From Delftia acidovorans NBRC 14950 (GTDB lineage Bacteria; Pseudomonadota; Gammaproteobacteria; Burkholderiales; Burkholderiaceae_C), in contig NZ_BCZP01000022.1 in assembly GCF_001598795.1 (NCBI RefSeq), forward strand, positions 60,001-92,000: a stretch of 32,000 nt of DNA. The letters are read 5' to 3'. The position numbers and the translations under genes are program-made. Shown here in pieces: positions 24,346 through 32,000 of this stretch. Below the pieces are notes generated by a model. That model made no database searches and was not told the origin of the DNA. It saw nothing but the letters and a program-made list of their open reading frames with translations. Position 1 is the first letter of the stretch, and every line of letters begins with the position of its first letter.

Positions 24346-24987
24346 ATGCTCAAGCTCTACGGTTTTTCCAGGGTCAATGCCGGCGCGCGCGGCCGCACGC
24401 GCGATCTGCGCGTGCTGTGGGCACTCGAAGAGATGCAGCTGCCCTTCGAGATCGCGGGCATGGACCATCCCGCGCACGACCTGAACACCGAGGCCTACCG
24501 CCGGCTCAGCCCCTTCGAGCAGATTCCGGCGCTGGACGATGACGGGCAGGTGATTTCGGAGTCGGCCGCCATCGTGCTGCATCTGGCCAGAAAGTGCGGC
24601 CGGCTGATGCCCTCCGATGCAACCGGCGAGGCACAGGTGCTGCGCTGGTGCTTTGCAGCCATGAACACGGTGGAGCCGCCGCTGCTCAGCCTGATGGTTC
24701 TGGACTGGACGGCCGATGGCAGCTGCGGCAAGCACCGCGAATTCCTGGTGGGCTGGGCGCATCGCATGCTGGGCAACCTGGAGCGCTGGCTGGACGGGCG
24801 CCGCTTCATTGCCACCGACGAATTCACGGTGGCCGACATCCTGATGGCGCATGTGCTCGCCTGCATCCCGGACCGCACGCTGACCGCGCCCTGCCCCGCC
24901 GTGGTGGCCTACCGCGACAGATGCCTGGCCCGGCCCGCCTGGCAGCGGACCCTGGCGGCCTACAACGCGCGGGTGGAGGCGGCGTAG
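24346..24987 (+). CDS. Glutathione S-transferase family protein
   Basis: The track ORF 24199..24987 was trimmed to ATG 24346 (GGAGAA lies 7 nt upstream). N-terminal thioredoxin-like GST fold: MLKLYGF...SPFEQIPALDDDGQVISESAAIVLHLA. C-terminal helical domain: FTVADILMAHVL. Confidence 0.88.
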   Translation: MLKLYGFSRVNAGARGRTRDLRVLWALEEMQLPFEIAGMDHPAHDLNTEAYRRLSPFEQIPALDDDGQVISESAAIVLHLARKCGRLMPSDATGEAQVLRWCFAAMNTVEPPLLSLMVLDWTADGSCGKHREFLVGWAHRMLGNLERWLDGRRFIATDEFTVADILMAHVLACIPDRTLTAPCPAVVAYRDRCLARPAWQRTLAAYNARVEAA

Positions 24988-25011
24988 CCGGGGCTCAGGG
25001 CTGCTCGGTGC

Positions 25012-26520
25012 TCAGGGCTGCTGGAAGGCCGCCACAGGCTGGGACTGCGGTGGCGGCGGCGGCGGCGCAGTCCAGCTGCCGCCCAGCACGCGGAACAGCT
25101 GGGCCTGCGCCAACTGCCGCTGGGTCACGGTATCGATGTAGGCGCTTTCATTGGCGAAGGCGCTGCGCTGTGCGTCCAGGTAGCGCAGATGGTCGTCCAC
25201 CCCCGCCTGGTAACGGGCCTGCGCCAGCCGCAGGCTTTCGCGGCTGCTGTCGCGCAGCGCCAGGCGCGCGGCTTCCTCGCGGCGCAGCGTGTCGGTGGCG
25301 GCAAGGGCATCGGCCACTTCGCGGAAGGCGGTCTGGATGGCCTGCTCGTAGGCGGCCACGGCCATGTCCTTGCGCAGCACGGCCAGGTCGAGGTTGGCGC
25401 GGTTGCGCCCCCCGTCGAAGAGGGGCAGCGTGACCTGGGGAGTGAACGACCAGGCGCGCTGGCCCGAGCGGAACAGGTCGGACAGATCGGCGCTGGACGA
25501 TCCCAGGAACCCGGTGAGCGAGATGCGCGGGAAGAAGGCCGCGCGCGCCGCACCAATGTCCGCGCTGCGCGCGCGCAGCCGGTGCTCGGCCGCCTGGATG
25601 TCGGGGCGGTGGATGAGCAGTTCGGAAGGCGTGCCGGCCGACAGGTCCTGCAGCAGCATGGGCACGTCGGGCGACTTTGCCGACTGTGCAGACCCTGCGG
25701 CCTGTGCAGACCGTGCGGACTGTGCGGACAGGTACGGCCCCAGATCCTCCAAGCCCGTCAGCAGCAGCAGGGCGTTGCCGGCCTGGCGCAGCTCGCGTTC
25801 GCTGCGTTCCACGTCGGCGCGGGCCTGGGCGGCCAGGCCCAGGGCGTCCTGGTGATCCAGGGCGGTGGCCGTGCCCGCCTGGCGCCGCTGCGCAGTCAGG
25901 CGCAGCGAGGATTCACGGCTTTGCAGCGTGCGCTGCGCCAGTTGCAGCCGGCGCAGGCCCCCGTCGCGGGACAGGTAGGCCTGCACCACTTCGGCACCCA
26001 GGCTGATGCGGGCGGCGCGCGCGGCCTCTTCGGTGGCCAGGTATTCGCCCAGGGCGGCTTCGGACAGGTTGCGCACGCGGCCGAACAGGTCCAGCTCGAA
26101 GGCGGCCAGCCCCAGGCCGGCCTGCCAACTGCCCTGCACCTGCGGCTGGCCCGTGGCATTCATGTCGCCCGGCAGGCGCTGGCGCGTGCCGCCGCCCTGC
26201 AGGCCCACGCCCGGCAGCCGGTCGGCGCGCTGCACCTGGTACAGGGCGCGTGCCGCCTCCACGTTGAGCAGGGTCTGGCGCAGATCGCGGTTGTGGGCCT
26301 GGGCCAGGTCCACCAGCTGGCGCAGCTGGCGGTCGGCGATGAAGCTGTTCCAGTCCAGCGTGGCCGCCGACGAGGACAGCACGGGCGCGGCATCCTGTTG
26401 CGGCCAGTGCGTGGGAATGGGCGCCTGCGGACGCTGGTGGACCGGGGCGAGGGAGCAGCCCGCCAGCACCAGGCTGGCGGCCAGCGCACACAGGGCGCGT
26501 GGGAAGAAGTGCATGGACAT
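25012..26520 (-). CDS. RND efflux outer-membrane factor lipoprotein (NodT/OprM family)
   Basis: Only the C-terminal 502 codons of track ORF 25012..28605 belong to this gene. The start is ATG 26520 (MSMHFFPRALCALAASLVLAGCS, with a lipobox LAGC). It also has LLIHRPDIQAAEHRL, FFPRISLTG and LPLFDGGRNRANL. Confidence 0.92.
   Translation of the reverse strand: MSMHFFPRALCALAASLVLAGCSLAPVHQRPQAPIPTHWPQQDAAPVLSSSAATLDWNSFIADRQLRQLVDLAQAHNRDLRQTLLNVEAARALYQVQRADRLPGVGLQGGGTRQRLPGDMNATGQPQVQGSWQAGLGLAAFELDLFGRVRNLSEAALGEYLATEEAARAARISLGAEVVQAYLSRDGGLRRLQLAQRTLQSRESSLRLTAQRRQAGTATALDHQDALGLAAQARADVERSERELRQAGNALLLLTGLEDLGPYLSAQSARSAQAAGSAQSAKSPDVPMLLQDLSAGTPSELLIHRPDIQAAEHRLRARSADIGAARAAFFPRISLTGFLGSSSADLSDLFRSGQRAWSFTPQVTLPLFDGGRNRANLDLAVLRKDMAVAAYEQAIQTAFREVADALAATDTLRREEAARLALRDSSRESLRLAQARYQAGVDDHLRYLDAQRSAFANESAYIDTVTQRQLAQAQLFRVLGGSWTAPPPPPPQSQPVAAFQQP
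25675..25728. repeat. Six in-frame 9-bp tandem units encoding (Ser-Ala-x)6 inside the OMF gene
   Basis: Plus-strand units are CTTTGCCGA, CTGTGCAGA, CCCTGCGGC, CTGTGCAGA, CCGTGCGGA and CTGTGCGGA. On the minus strand they read SAQ SAR SAQ AAG SAQ SAK. Confidence 0.85.
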
Positions 26521-26525
26521 GGCGC

Positions 26526-29500
26526 TTACTCGATGGGGGTTGCCGGGGCCTGCAGGGCAGGCGGGGTGCCGGCCGGCGCCTTGCGCCGGAACAGGGACAG
26601 CACCCAGACGAAGAAGACAGGAACGAACACCACCCCCAGCAGCGTGGCCGACAGCATGCCGCCGATCACGCCGAAGCCGATGGCGGCCTGGCTGGAGGCG
26701 CCCGCGCCCGAGGCCAGCGCCAGCGGCACCACGCCCAGGATGAAGGCCAGCGAGGTCATGACGATGGGCCGAAAGCGCAGCCGTGCCGCCTGCAGCGCGG
26801 CCTGCGCCAGGCTGTGCCCCTGCGCATGCAGGTCCCTGGCGAACTCCACGATCAGGATGGCGTTCTTGGCCGCCAGGCCGATGATGGTGATCAGGCCCAC
26901 CTTGAAGTACACGTCGTTGGACAGGCCCACGGCCGAGGTGGCCAGCACCGATCCCAGCGCGCCGATGGGCACGATCAGCATCACGGCGGCGGGAATGCTC
27001 CAGCTCTCGTACAGGGCTACGAGCAGCAGGAACACAACCACGATGGCCAGCGCGAACAGCTTGGGCGCCTGGGCACCGGCGGCTTTCTCCTGGAAGGACA
27101 GGGCCGTCCACTCGTAGCCTATGCCGCGCGGCATCTCGGCCATGATGCGTTCCAGCTCGGCCATGGCCTCGCCCGTGGTGTGGCCCGGCTTGGCGTCGCC
27201 CGAGATGCGGAAGGCCGGATAGCCGTTGTAGCGCGAGATCTGCACCGGCCCGCTTTCCCAGCGCACCGACGCGAAGGCCGACAGCGGCACCTGCTGCCCG
27301 CCAGCGTTGGGCACGTGCAGGCGCAGGATGTCCTCGGGCCGCGCGCGGGCCTGCGCATCGGCCTGCACCACCACGCGCTGCAGGCGGCCCGCGTTGGGGA
27401 ACTCGTTGATCACGGCCGAGCCGTAGGCCGTGGACAGGGCCGTGTTGATGGCGCTGAAATCCACGCCCTGGGCCTGCGCCTTGCGCCGGTCGATGTCCAG
27501 CCGCAGCTGGGGCGCATCCTCCAGGTTTTCCATCATGGCGTAGGCAATGATGGGCGAGGCATTGGCCTTGGCCAGCAGCTGGTCGCGCGCGGCGATCAGG
27601 GCCTCGCGGCCCAGGTTGGCGCGGTCCTGCAGGCGCAGCGCAAAGCCGCCGGAGTTGCCCAGGCCGTCGATGGGCGGCGGGTCCACGGCCATGACGGTGC
27701 CGTCGGACAGGCGGGCAAAGCGCTGGTTGAAGGCCTGCACCTCGTCCCACGACGCCTGCCCGGCGCCGCGCACCGACCAGTCCTTGAGCGTGACGAAGGC
27801 CAGGGCCGCGTTCTGCCCCATGCCCGAGAAGCTGTAGCCCATCAGGAACTCGGCCTGGGCCGTGGCGGGGCGGCCCTGGATGTAGTCCTCCATGTCCTTG
27901 ACCATGGCCTTGGTGCGCTCCGTGGTGGCGCCCGGCGGCAGCTGCACGCCGACGATGTAGTAGCCCATGTCCTCGTAGGGCACGAAGGATTCGGGCATGC
28001 GCGTGTACGCCACGCCCAGCCCGGCCACGATGGCGGCATACACCAGCATGCAGCGCCCGGCGCGGCGCACCAGCCGCTGGTTGAGCAGGTCGAAGCGCTC
28101 GGTCAGCGCCGCGAAGCGGCGGTTGAACCAGCCGAAGAAGCCCTTGCGCTCGGCGTGGTGGCCCTTGGCAATGGGCTTGAGCAGCGTGGCGCACAGCGCC
28201 GGCGTGAAGGTCAGCGCCAGCAGGCCCGAGAACAGGATGGACACGGCCAGCGACAGCGAGAACTGCCGGTAGATCACGCCCACCGAGCCGCTCATGAAGG
28301 CCAGCGGCAGGAACACCGCCACCAGCACCAGGGTGATGCCGACGATGGCGCCCGAGACCTGCTGCATGGCCTTGACCGTGGCGGCCAGCGGGGACAGCCC
28401 CTCCTCGGCCATGAGGCGCTCCACGTTCTCCACCACCACGATGGCGTCGTCCACGATGATGCCGATGGCCAGCACCATGCCGAACATGGTCATCATGTTC
28501 ACCGAAAAGCCCAGCGCATACATCACGCCCAGGGTGCCGGCCAGGCAGACGGGTACGACGATGGTGGGAATCAGCGTGTAGCGCAGGTTCTGCAGGAACA
28601 GCCACATCACCAGGAACACCAGCGCCACGGCCTCCACCAGGGTCTGGATGACCTTGCCGATGGCCACTTCCACGAAGCGCGAGGTGTCATAGGGCACGGC
28701 GTACTGGATGCCGGCAGGGAAATTCTGCGACAGCTCGGCCAGGCGCGCCTTGACGGCCTTGGCGGTCTGCATGGCGTTGGCCCCGGGCGCCAGCTGCACG
28801 GCGGCGGCCACGCCCTGGCGGCCGTCCTCGCGCGAGGAAAAGCTGTAGTCCAGCTGGCCGACCTCCAGCCGCGCCACATCGGCCAGGCGCACGGCCGAGC
28901 CATCGGCCCTGGCACGCAGCACGATCTGGCCGAACTCCTCAGGCGAGGCCAGCGTGCCCTTGACGGCAATGGTGGCGCTCAGCTCCTGGCCAGGCCCTGC
29001 GGGCGAGGCGCCAAAGCTGCCGGCCGGCACCTGCGCGTTCTGGGCGGCGATGGCCGCGTTCACGTCCGCCACCGACAGGCCGTAGCCCAGCAGCTTGCCC
29101 GGATCGACCCAGACGCGCATGGCCACATCGGCCGCGAAGAACTGCACCTTGCCCACGCCGGGCACGCGGCGGATCTCGTTGTTGATGTTGCGCACGGCGT
29201 AGTCGGACAGGGCCACCTCGCTGTTGCTGCTGCCGCCGCTGCCGTCCTTGTAGGTCAGCGAGTAGATCATCAGGAAGTTGGCGCTGGCCTGCTCGACCTG
29301 CAGGCCCATCTGCATCACGGACGCGGGCAGGCGCGCCTCGGCCTTCTTGATGCGGTTTTGCACCTCCACCTGGGCCAGCGCGGGCTCGGTGCCCGGGGCG
29401 AAGGTGGCCGTGATCTCGGCCAGGCCCGTGGAGCCGCTGGAGGAGTCGAAGTACAGCAGCCCCTTGGTGCCGTTGAGCTCCTCCTCGATGACGCTGGTCA

Positions 29501-29681
29501 CCGACTCCATCACCGTGGTGGCGGAGGCGCCCGGATAGTTGGCGGTGATCGAGATCTGCGGCGGCGCCACGTTGGGAAACTGGGAGACGGGCAGCGCCGG
29601 TATGGCCAGCAGCCCGGCGAGCATGATGAAGATGGCCACCACCCAGGCGAAGTTGGGGCGGTTGATGAAGAACTTGGACAT
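26526..29681 (-). CDS. Multidrug efflux RND transporter permease (AcrB/MexB-type, HAE1)
   Basis: 1051-aa ORF beginning MSKFFINRPNFAWVVAIFIMLAGLLAIPALPVSQFPNVAPPQISITANYPGASA, the canonical AcrB/MexB N-terminus. The length and 12-TM organisation are typical. Confidence 0.96.
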   Translation of the reverse strand: MSKFFINRPNFAWVVAIFIMLAGLLAIPALPVSQFPNVAPPQISITANYPGASATTVMESVTSVIEEELNGTKGLLYFDSSSGSTGLAEITATFAPGTEPALAQVEVQNRIKKAEARLPASVMQMGLQVEQASANFLMIYSLTYKDGSGGSSNSEVALSDYAVRNINNEIRRVPGVGKVQFFAADVAMRVWVDPGKLLGYGLSVADVNAAIAAQNAQVPAGSFGASPAGPGQELSATIAVKGTLASPEEFGQIVLRARADGSAVRLADVARLEVGQLDYSFSSREDGRQGVAAAVQLAPGANAMQTAKAVKARLAELSQNFPAGIQYAVPYDTSRFVEVAIGKVIQTLVEAVALVFLVMWLFLQNLRYTLIPTIVVPVCLAGTLGVMYALGFSVNMMTMFGMVLAIGIIVDDAIVVVENVERLMAEEGLSPLAATVKAMQQVSGAIVGITLVLVAVFLPLAFMSGSVGVIYRQFSLSLAVSILFSGLLALTFTPALCATLLKPIAKGHHAERKGFFGWFNRRFAALTERFDLLNQRLVRRAGRCMLVYAAIVAGLGVAYTRMPESFVPYEDMGYYIVGVQLPPGATTERTKAMVKDMEDYIQGRPATAQAEFLMGYSFSGMGQNAALAFVTLKDWSVRGAGQASWDEVQAFNQRFARLSDGTVMAVDPPPIDGLGNSGGFALRLQDRANLGREALIAARDQLLAKANASPIIAYAMMENLEDAPQLRLDIDRRKAQAQGVDFSAINTALSTAYGSAVINEFPNAGRLQRVVVQADAQARARPEDILRLHVPNAGGQQVPLSAFASVRWESGPVQISRYNGYPAFRISGDAKPGHTTGEAMAELERIMAEMPRGIGYEWTALSFQEKAAGAQAPKLFALAIVVVFLLLVALYESWSIPAAVMLIVPIGALGSVLATSAVGLSNDVYFKVGLITIIGLAAKNAILIVEFARDLHAQGHSLAQAALQAARLRFRPIVMTSLAFILGVVPLALASGAGASSQAAIGFGVIGGMLSATLLGVVFVPVFFVWVLSLFRRKAPAGTPPALQAPATPIE

Positions 29682-29707
29682 GGTCTATTCCTTGGGCACG
29701 CGCCGGC

Positions 29708-30937
29708 TCAGTCGCTGGACGTGGCGGAGCTGCCGGAGGCGCTGAAGGTGCCGGACAGCCCCGCCGTAGGGGAGGCCGCGGCATCGGAAAGGGCCGTGAC
29801 CTGAACCCGCGCCCCGGGCTGCAGGCCTGCCATGCGGCCCACCACCACGCGCTCGCCGCCCTTGAGGCCTGCGCTGATCTGCCACTGCGCGCCATGCATG
29901 GCCGCGGTCTGCACGGGGCGCATCTGCAGCGTGTCCTGGCCATCCACCACCAGCACGTGGGCCTGCCCGTCGGTGCTGCGCTGCACGGCCCGCTGCGGCA
30001 CCAGGATGGCGGCAGGGTCCACGCCCTGGCCTACGGTCACGCGCACATACATGCCGGGCAGCAGCATGCCGTCGCGGTTGTCGAAGCGCCCGCGCAGCGC
30101 CATCTGGCCCGTGCCGCGGTCCACCGTCACATCCGAGAACAGCAGCCGCCCCGTTCGCTGCAGGCCCGTGCCGTCCACTTTCAAGGAGACCGGCGTGCCG
30201 TCCTTGCCCGCCGTCTGTGCCAGGCGGCCCTCGGCCAGGGCCGCGCGCAGGCGCTGGGCTTCGGCCACGGGCTGCTGGAAGTCGGCATAGACCGGGTCGA
30301 GCTGCTGGACCAGCGCCATGGGCGTGGCCTCGCCCTGGCCCACCAGGGCGCCCTCGGTGACCAGCGCACGGCCGATGCGGCCCGCGATCGGCGCCCTGAC
30401 CGTGGCGTATTCCAGGTTCAGGGCGGCCGCCTGCACCTCGGCCTGGGCGGACTGCCGCGCGGCCTGGGCCGCCTGCAGGCGGGCCTGCATGGCCTCGAAG
30501 TCCTGGCGGCTGACTGCCTCCTGCGCCACCAGCGGCGCGTTGCGGCCAACCACGGCACGCGCTTCGAGCAGGGCCGCCTCGGCGCTGGCCAGCTGGCCCT
30601 GGGCGCGGGACAGGGCGGCGCGCAGGGGCGCCGGGTCGATCTGGAACAGCACCTGGCCGGCCCGGACGTCGGCACCTTCCTCGAAATGGCGGCGCAGCAC
30701 GATGCCGGCCACCCGCGCACGCACCTCGGCCACGCGCACGGGCTCGATACGGCCCGGCAGCTCGCTGGACAGGGCCAGCGGCGCGGCCTGCACGGTGACG
30801 GCCTGCACCACCGGCAGCGCGTCACCCGCTGCGGCCGGAGCCTCGTTGCGGCCGCAGCCCGCTGCCAGGGCGGCCAGGGCGGCCAGCACCAGGGCCGCCA
30901 GCGTCAGGCCACGTCGCTTGTTCAGACGCATGCTCAT
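29708..30937 (-). CDS. RND efflux periplasmic adaptor (membrane fusion protein, AcrA/MexA family)
   Basis: The track ORF 29708..30982 was trimmed to ATG 30937 (MSMRLNKRRGLTLAALVLAALAALAAGC, a lipoprotein signal). It also has ELPGRIEPVRVAEVRARVAGIV and RAGQVLFQIDP. Confidence 0.92.
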   Translation of the reverse strand: MSMRLNKRRGLTLAALVLAALAALAAGCGRNEAPAAAGDALPVVQAVTVQAAPLALSSELPGRIEPVRVAEVRARVAGIVLRRHFEEGADVRAGQVLFQIDPAPLRAALSRAQGQLASAEAALLEARAVVGRNAPLVAQEAVSRQDFEAMQARLQAAQAARQSAQAEVQAAALNLEYATVRAPIAGRIGRALVTEGALVGQGEATPMALVQQLDPVYADFQQPVAEAQRLRAALAEGRLAQTAGKDGTPVSLKVDGTGLQRTGRLLFSDVTVDRGTGQMALRGRFDNRDGMLLPGMYVRVTVGQGVDPAAILVPQRAVQRSTDGQAHVLVVDGQDTLQMRPVQTAAMHGAQWQISAGLKGGERVVVGRMAGLQPGARVQVTALSDAAASPTAGLSGTFSASGSSATSSD

Positions 30938-30985
30938 GTTCACAACCTGATTGAGTTCGATACGAAGGCCGCGATGGTACATATC

Positions 30986-31021
30986 AGAATCAAATGAGTC
31001 AACATCGATTCATTTGATTCT
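30986..31021. promoter_or_regulatory. Perfect 12-bp inverted repeat (AGAATCAAATGA-N12-TCATTTGATTCT), candidate TetR operator
   Basis: The arms at 30986-30997 and 31010-31021 are exact reverse complements. The repeat is centred in the 137-bp divergent region between the MFP and TetR genes. Confidence 0.55.
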
Positions 31022-31074
31022 TTAAAACATCAACAGATAAAATCCATGCACTTTCCAAGGAGGCATGACAAGCG

Positions 31075-31641
31075 ATGACGAGCACCAAGCAAGAGGACGA
31101 AGGCAAGCTGCTGGGCGCACTGGCACTGGCGCTGCTGGACGATCCCAAGGCCAATCTGCAGGAGCTGGCACGCGCCATCGGCATCAGCAAGGCCACGCTC
31201 TACCGCTTCTGCCCCACGCGCGACCAGCTCATCGACCGGCTCATCGGGCATGCGGCCGACACCCTGTCGCGCGCCATGCACGCGGCCGAGCTGGAGCGCC
31301 ACGCGCCGCTGGAGGCGCTGCGCCGCCTCACCGCCCACTGCCAGGACCACCAGACGCTGCTGCTGTTCCTGATGTATTTCTGGCGCTCCGACATCTCGGT
31401 GGTCGGCCAGATAGAGAGCGAATGGGTGGCGGCCATGGATGCCTTTTTCCTGCGCGGCCAGCAGGCCGGCGTGTTCCGCATCGACATCACGGCCGCGGCC
31501 ATGACCGAGCTGTGGCTTTCCATGGCCGTGGGCCTGCTGGATGCGGAACGGCGCGGCCGTGTTGCGCGGGCCAGCGTGGCGGCCGTGATGGAGCAGTCCT
31601 TCCTGCACGGCGCCCTGCAGCCCGGCGCACCAGCCGCGTAG
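31075..31641 (+). CDS. TetR/AcrR-family transcriptional repressor
   Basis: 188-aa ORF with the N-terminal HTH NLQELARAIGISKATLYRFCPTRDQLI. It is divergent from the efflux operon. AAGGAGG lies 11 nt upstream of the ATG. Confidence 0.88.
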   Translation: MTSTKQEDEGKLLGALALALLDDPKANLQELARAIGISKATLYRFCPTRDQLIDRLIGHAADTLSRAMHAAELERHAPLEALRRLTAHCQDHQTLLLFLMYFWRSDISVVGQIESEWVAAMDAFFLRGQQAGVFRIDITAAAMTELWLSMAVGLLDAERRGRVARASVAAVMEQSFLHGALQPGAPAA

Positions 31642-31757
31642 CGCGCCGGGCCGTCGGGAACTGGCCCACAATGTGCGCGATCTGCGCCAGAGGAGCTGGC
31701 TTGGCCGGCATTGCGCGTCCTGATACCCGCCCCATAACCGGAACTGGAAGAACAGCC

Positions 31758-31916
31758 ATGAGCCCCTTGAGCAACAACAAACGGATCGAAGAATTGAGCA
31801 CGCAGGCCATCACGGCGTTTGACATGGAAACGCGCTTTCGCACGCTGGCTGCCAGTGGCGATACCAAGCAGGCACTGGACATACTGGCACGCCTGGACAG
31901 CCAGGATCCGCGTTGA
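31758..31916 (+). CDS. Small hypothetical protein (52 aa)
   Basis: ATG at 31758 after GGAAGAA. The product MSPLSNNKRIEELSTQAITAFDMETRFRTLAASGDTKQALDILARLDSQDPR has a normal, non-Arg/Pro-rich composition. This contrasts with the rest of the long track ORF it is embedded in (31065..31916). Confidence 0.4.
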   Translation: MSPLSNNKRIEELSTQAITAFDMETRFRTLAASGDTKQALDILARLDSQDPR

Positions 31917-31928
31917 GGCCGAGGCTGC

Positions 31929-32000
31929 ATGCTCGAACGCACCCACCTTGCCATCGTCCGTGAAGTCGAAAAACAGGGCTCGCTGACGGTGGCGGCCGGC
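31929..32000 (+). CDS. LysR-family transcriptional regulator, 5' end (runs off the window)
   Basis: MLERTHLAIVREVEKQGSLTVAAG matches the LysR N-terminal HTH pattern (L..F..V.E.GS.T.AA). Confidence 0.7.
   Translation, partial: MLERTHLAIVREVEKQGSLTVAAG

Noticed and set aside
24993-25026. A 13-bp direct repeat, GCTCAGGGCTGCT, with a 17-bp period, straddling the OMF stop codon in the 24-bp convergent gap with the GST gene.
   Set aside because: It is a real small duplication, but the second copy is out of frame and creates no alternative stop or hairpin. It is most simply a replication-slippage scar with no evident function.
25012-28605. A 1197-aa ORF that would fuse an RND-region reading frame to the outer-membrane factor.
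   Set aside because: Only the last 502 codons (from MSMHFFPRAL... with a lipobox) look like a protein. The upstream part is an out-of-frame, Arg/Gly/Pro-rich read through the RND permease gene, which has its own intact 1051-aa frame.
31065-31916. A 283-aa ORF starting at an ATG right after AAGGAGG and overlapping the TetR gene in another frame.
   Set aside because: The ATG is only 1 nt from the SD-like sequence. The translation is Arg/Gly/Pro/Ala-rich nonsense, except for its last 52 codons, which are reported separately as a small ORF. The TetR frame (31075) has a clear HTH.

Overview
This is a high-G+C chromosomal segment that looks betaproteobacterial. The Comamonadaceae-like assignment is an inference from the Bug/TctC-type binding protein and overall gene content.

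Gene order, left to right:
- A sugar-acid catabolic module: Bug-family binding protein, divergent IlvD/Edd dehydratase, and a GntR/FCD regulator.
- An AraC regulator divergent from a PPOX-type flavoprotein and a small hypothetical gene.
- A TonB-dependent siderophore receptor preceded by a Fur-box-like site.
- MgtC-family, ClC chloride-channel and small cupin genes.
- A nine-gene aerobic (oxygen-dependent) corrin-ring cluster: cobF, cobM, cobE, cobL, cobK, cobJ, cobI, cobH, cobG.
- A chemoreceptor followed 18 nt later by an orphan FecR-like protein.
- A short patch of visibly lower G+C with a lambda-CI-like repressor divergent from a Trp-rich orphan ORF.
- A DsbG-like thioredoxin-fold protein and a glutathione S-transferase.
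- A TetR-controlled RND efflux operon (MFP, RND, OMF), then a small ORF and the start of a LysR regulator.

I saw no rRNA, tRNA, CRISPR array, transposase or integrase.

No recognisable defence or mobility system is present. The most unusual locus is 21.9-24.3 kb. Its CI-like repressor has both the Ala-Gly cleavage site and the nucleophilic Ser replaced by Ala. It sits over a three-copy operator array facing an unclassifiable Trp-rich protein, which is followed by three 10-bp direct repeats and a DsbG catalytic domain that lacks its dimerisation domain.

The second point of interest is cobK. It is inverted inside the cob cluster with no non-coding flank on either side.

All homology statements are by-eye recognition from the supplied translations. 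No searches or computations were run.
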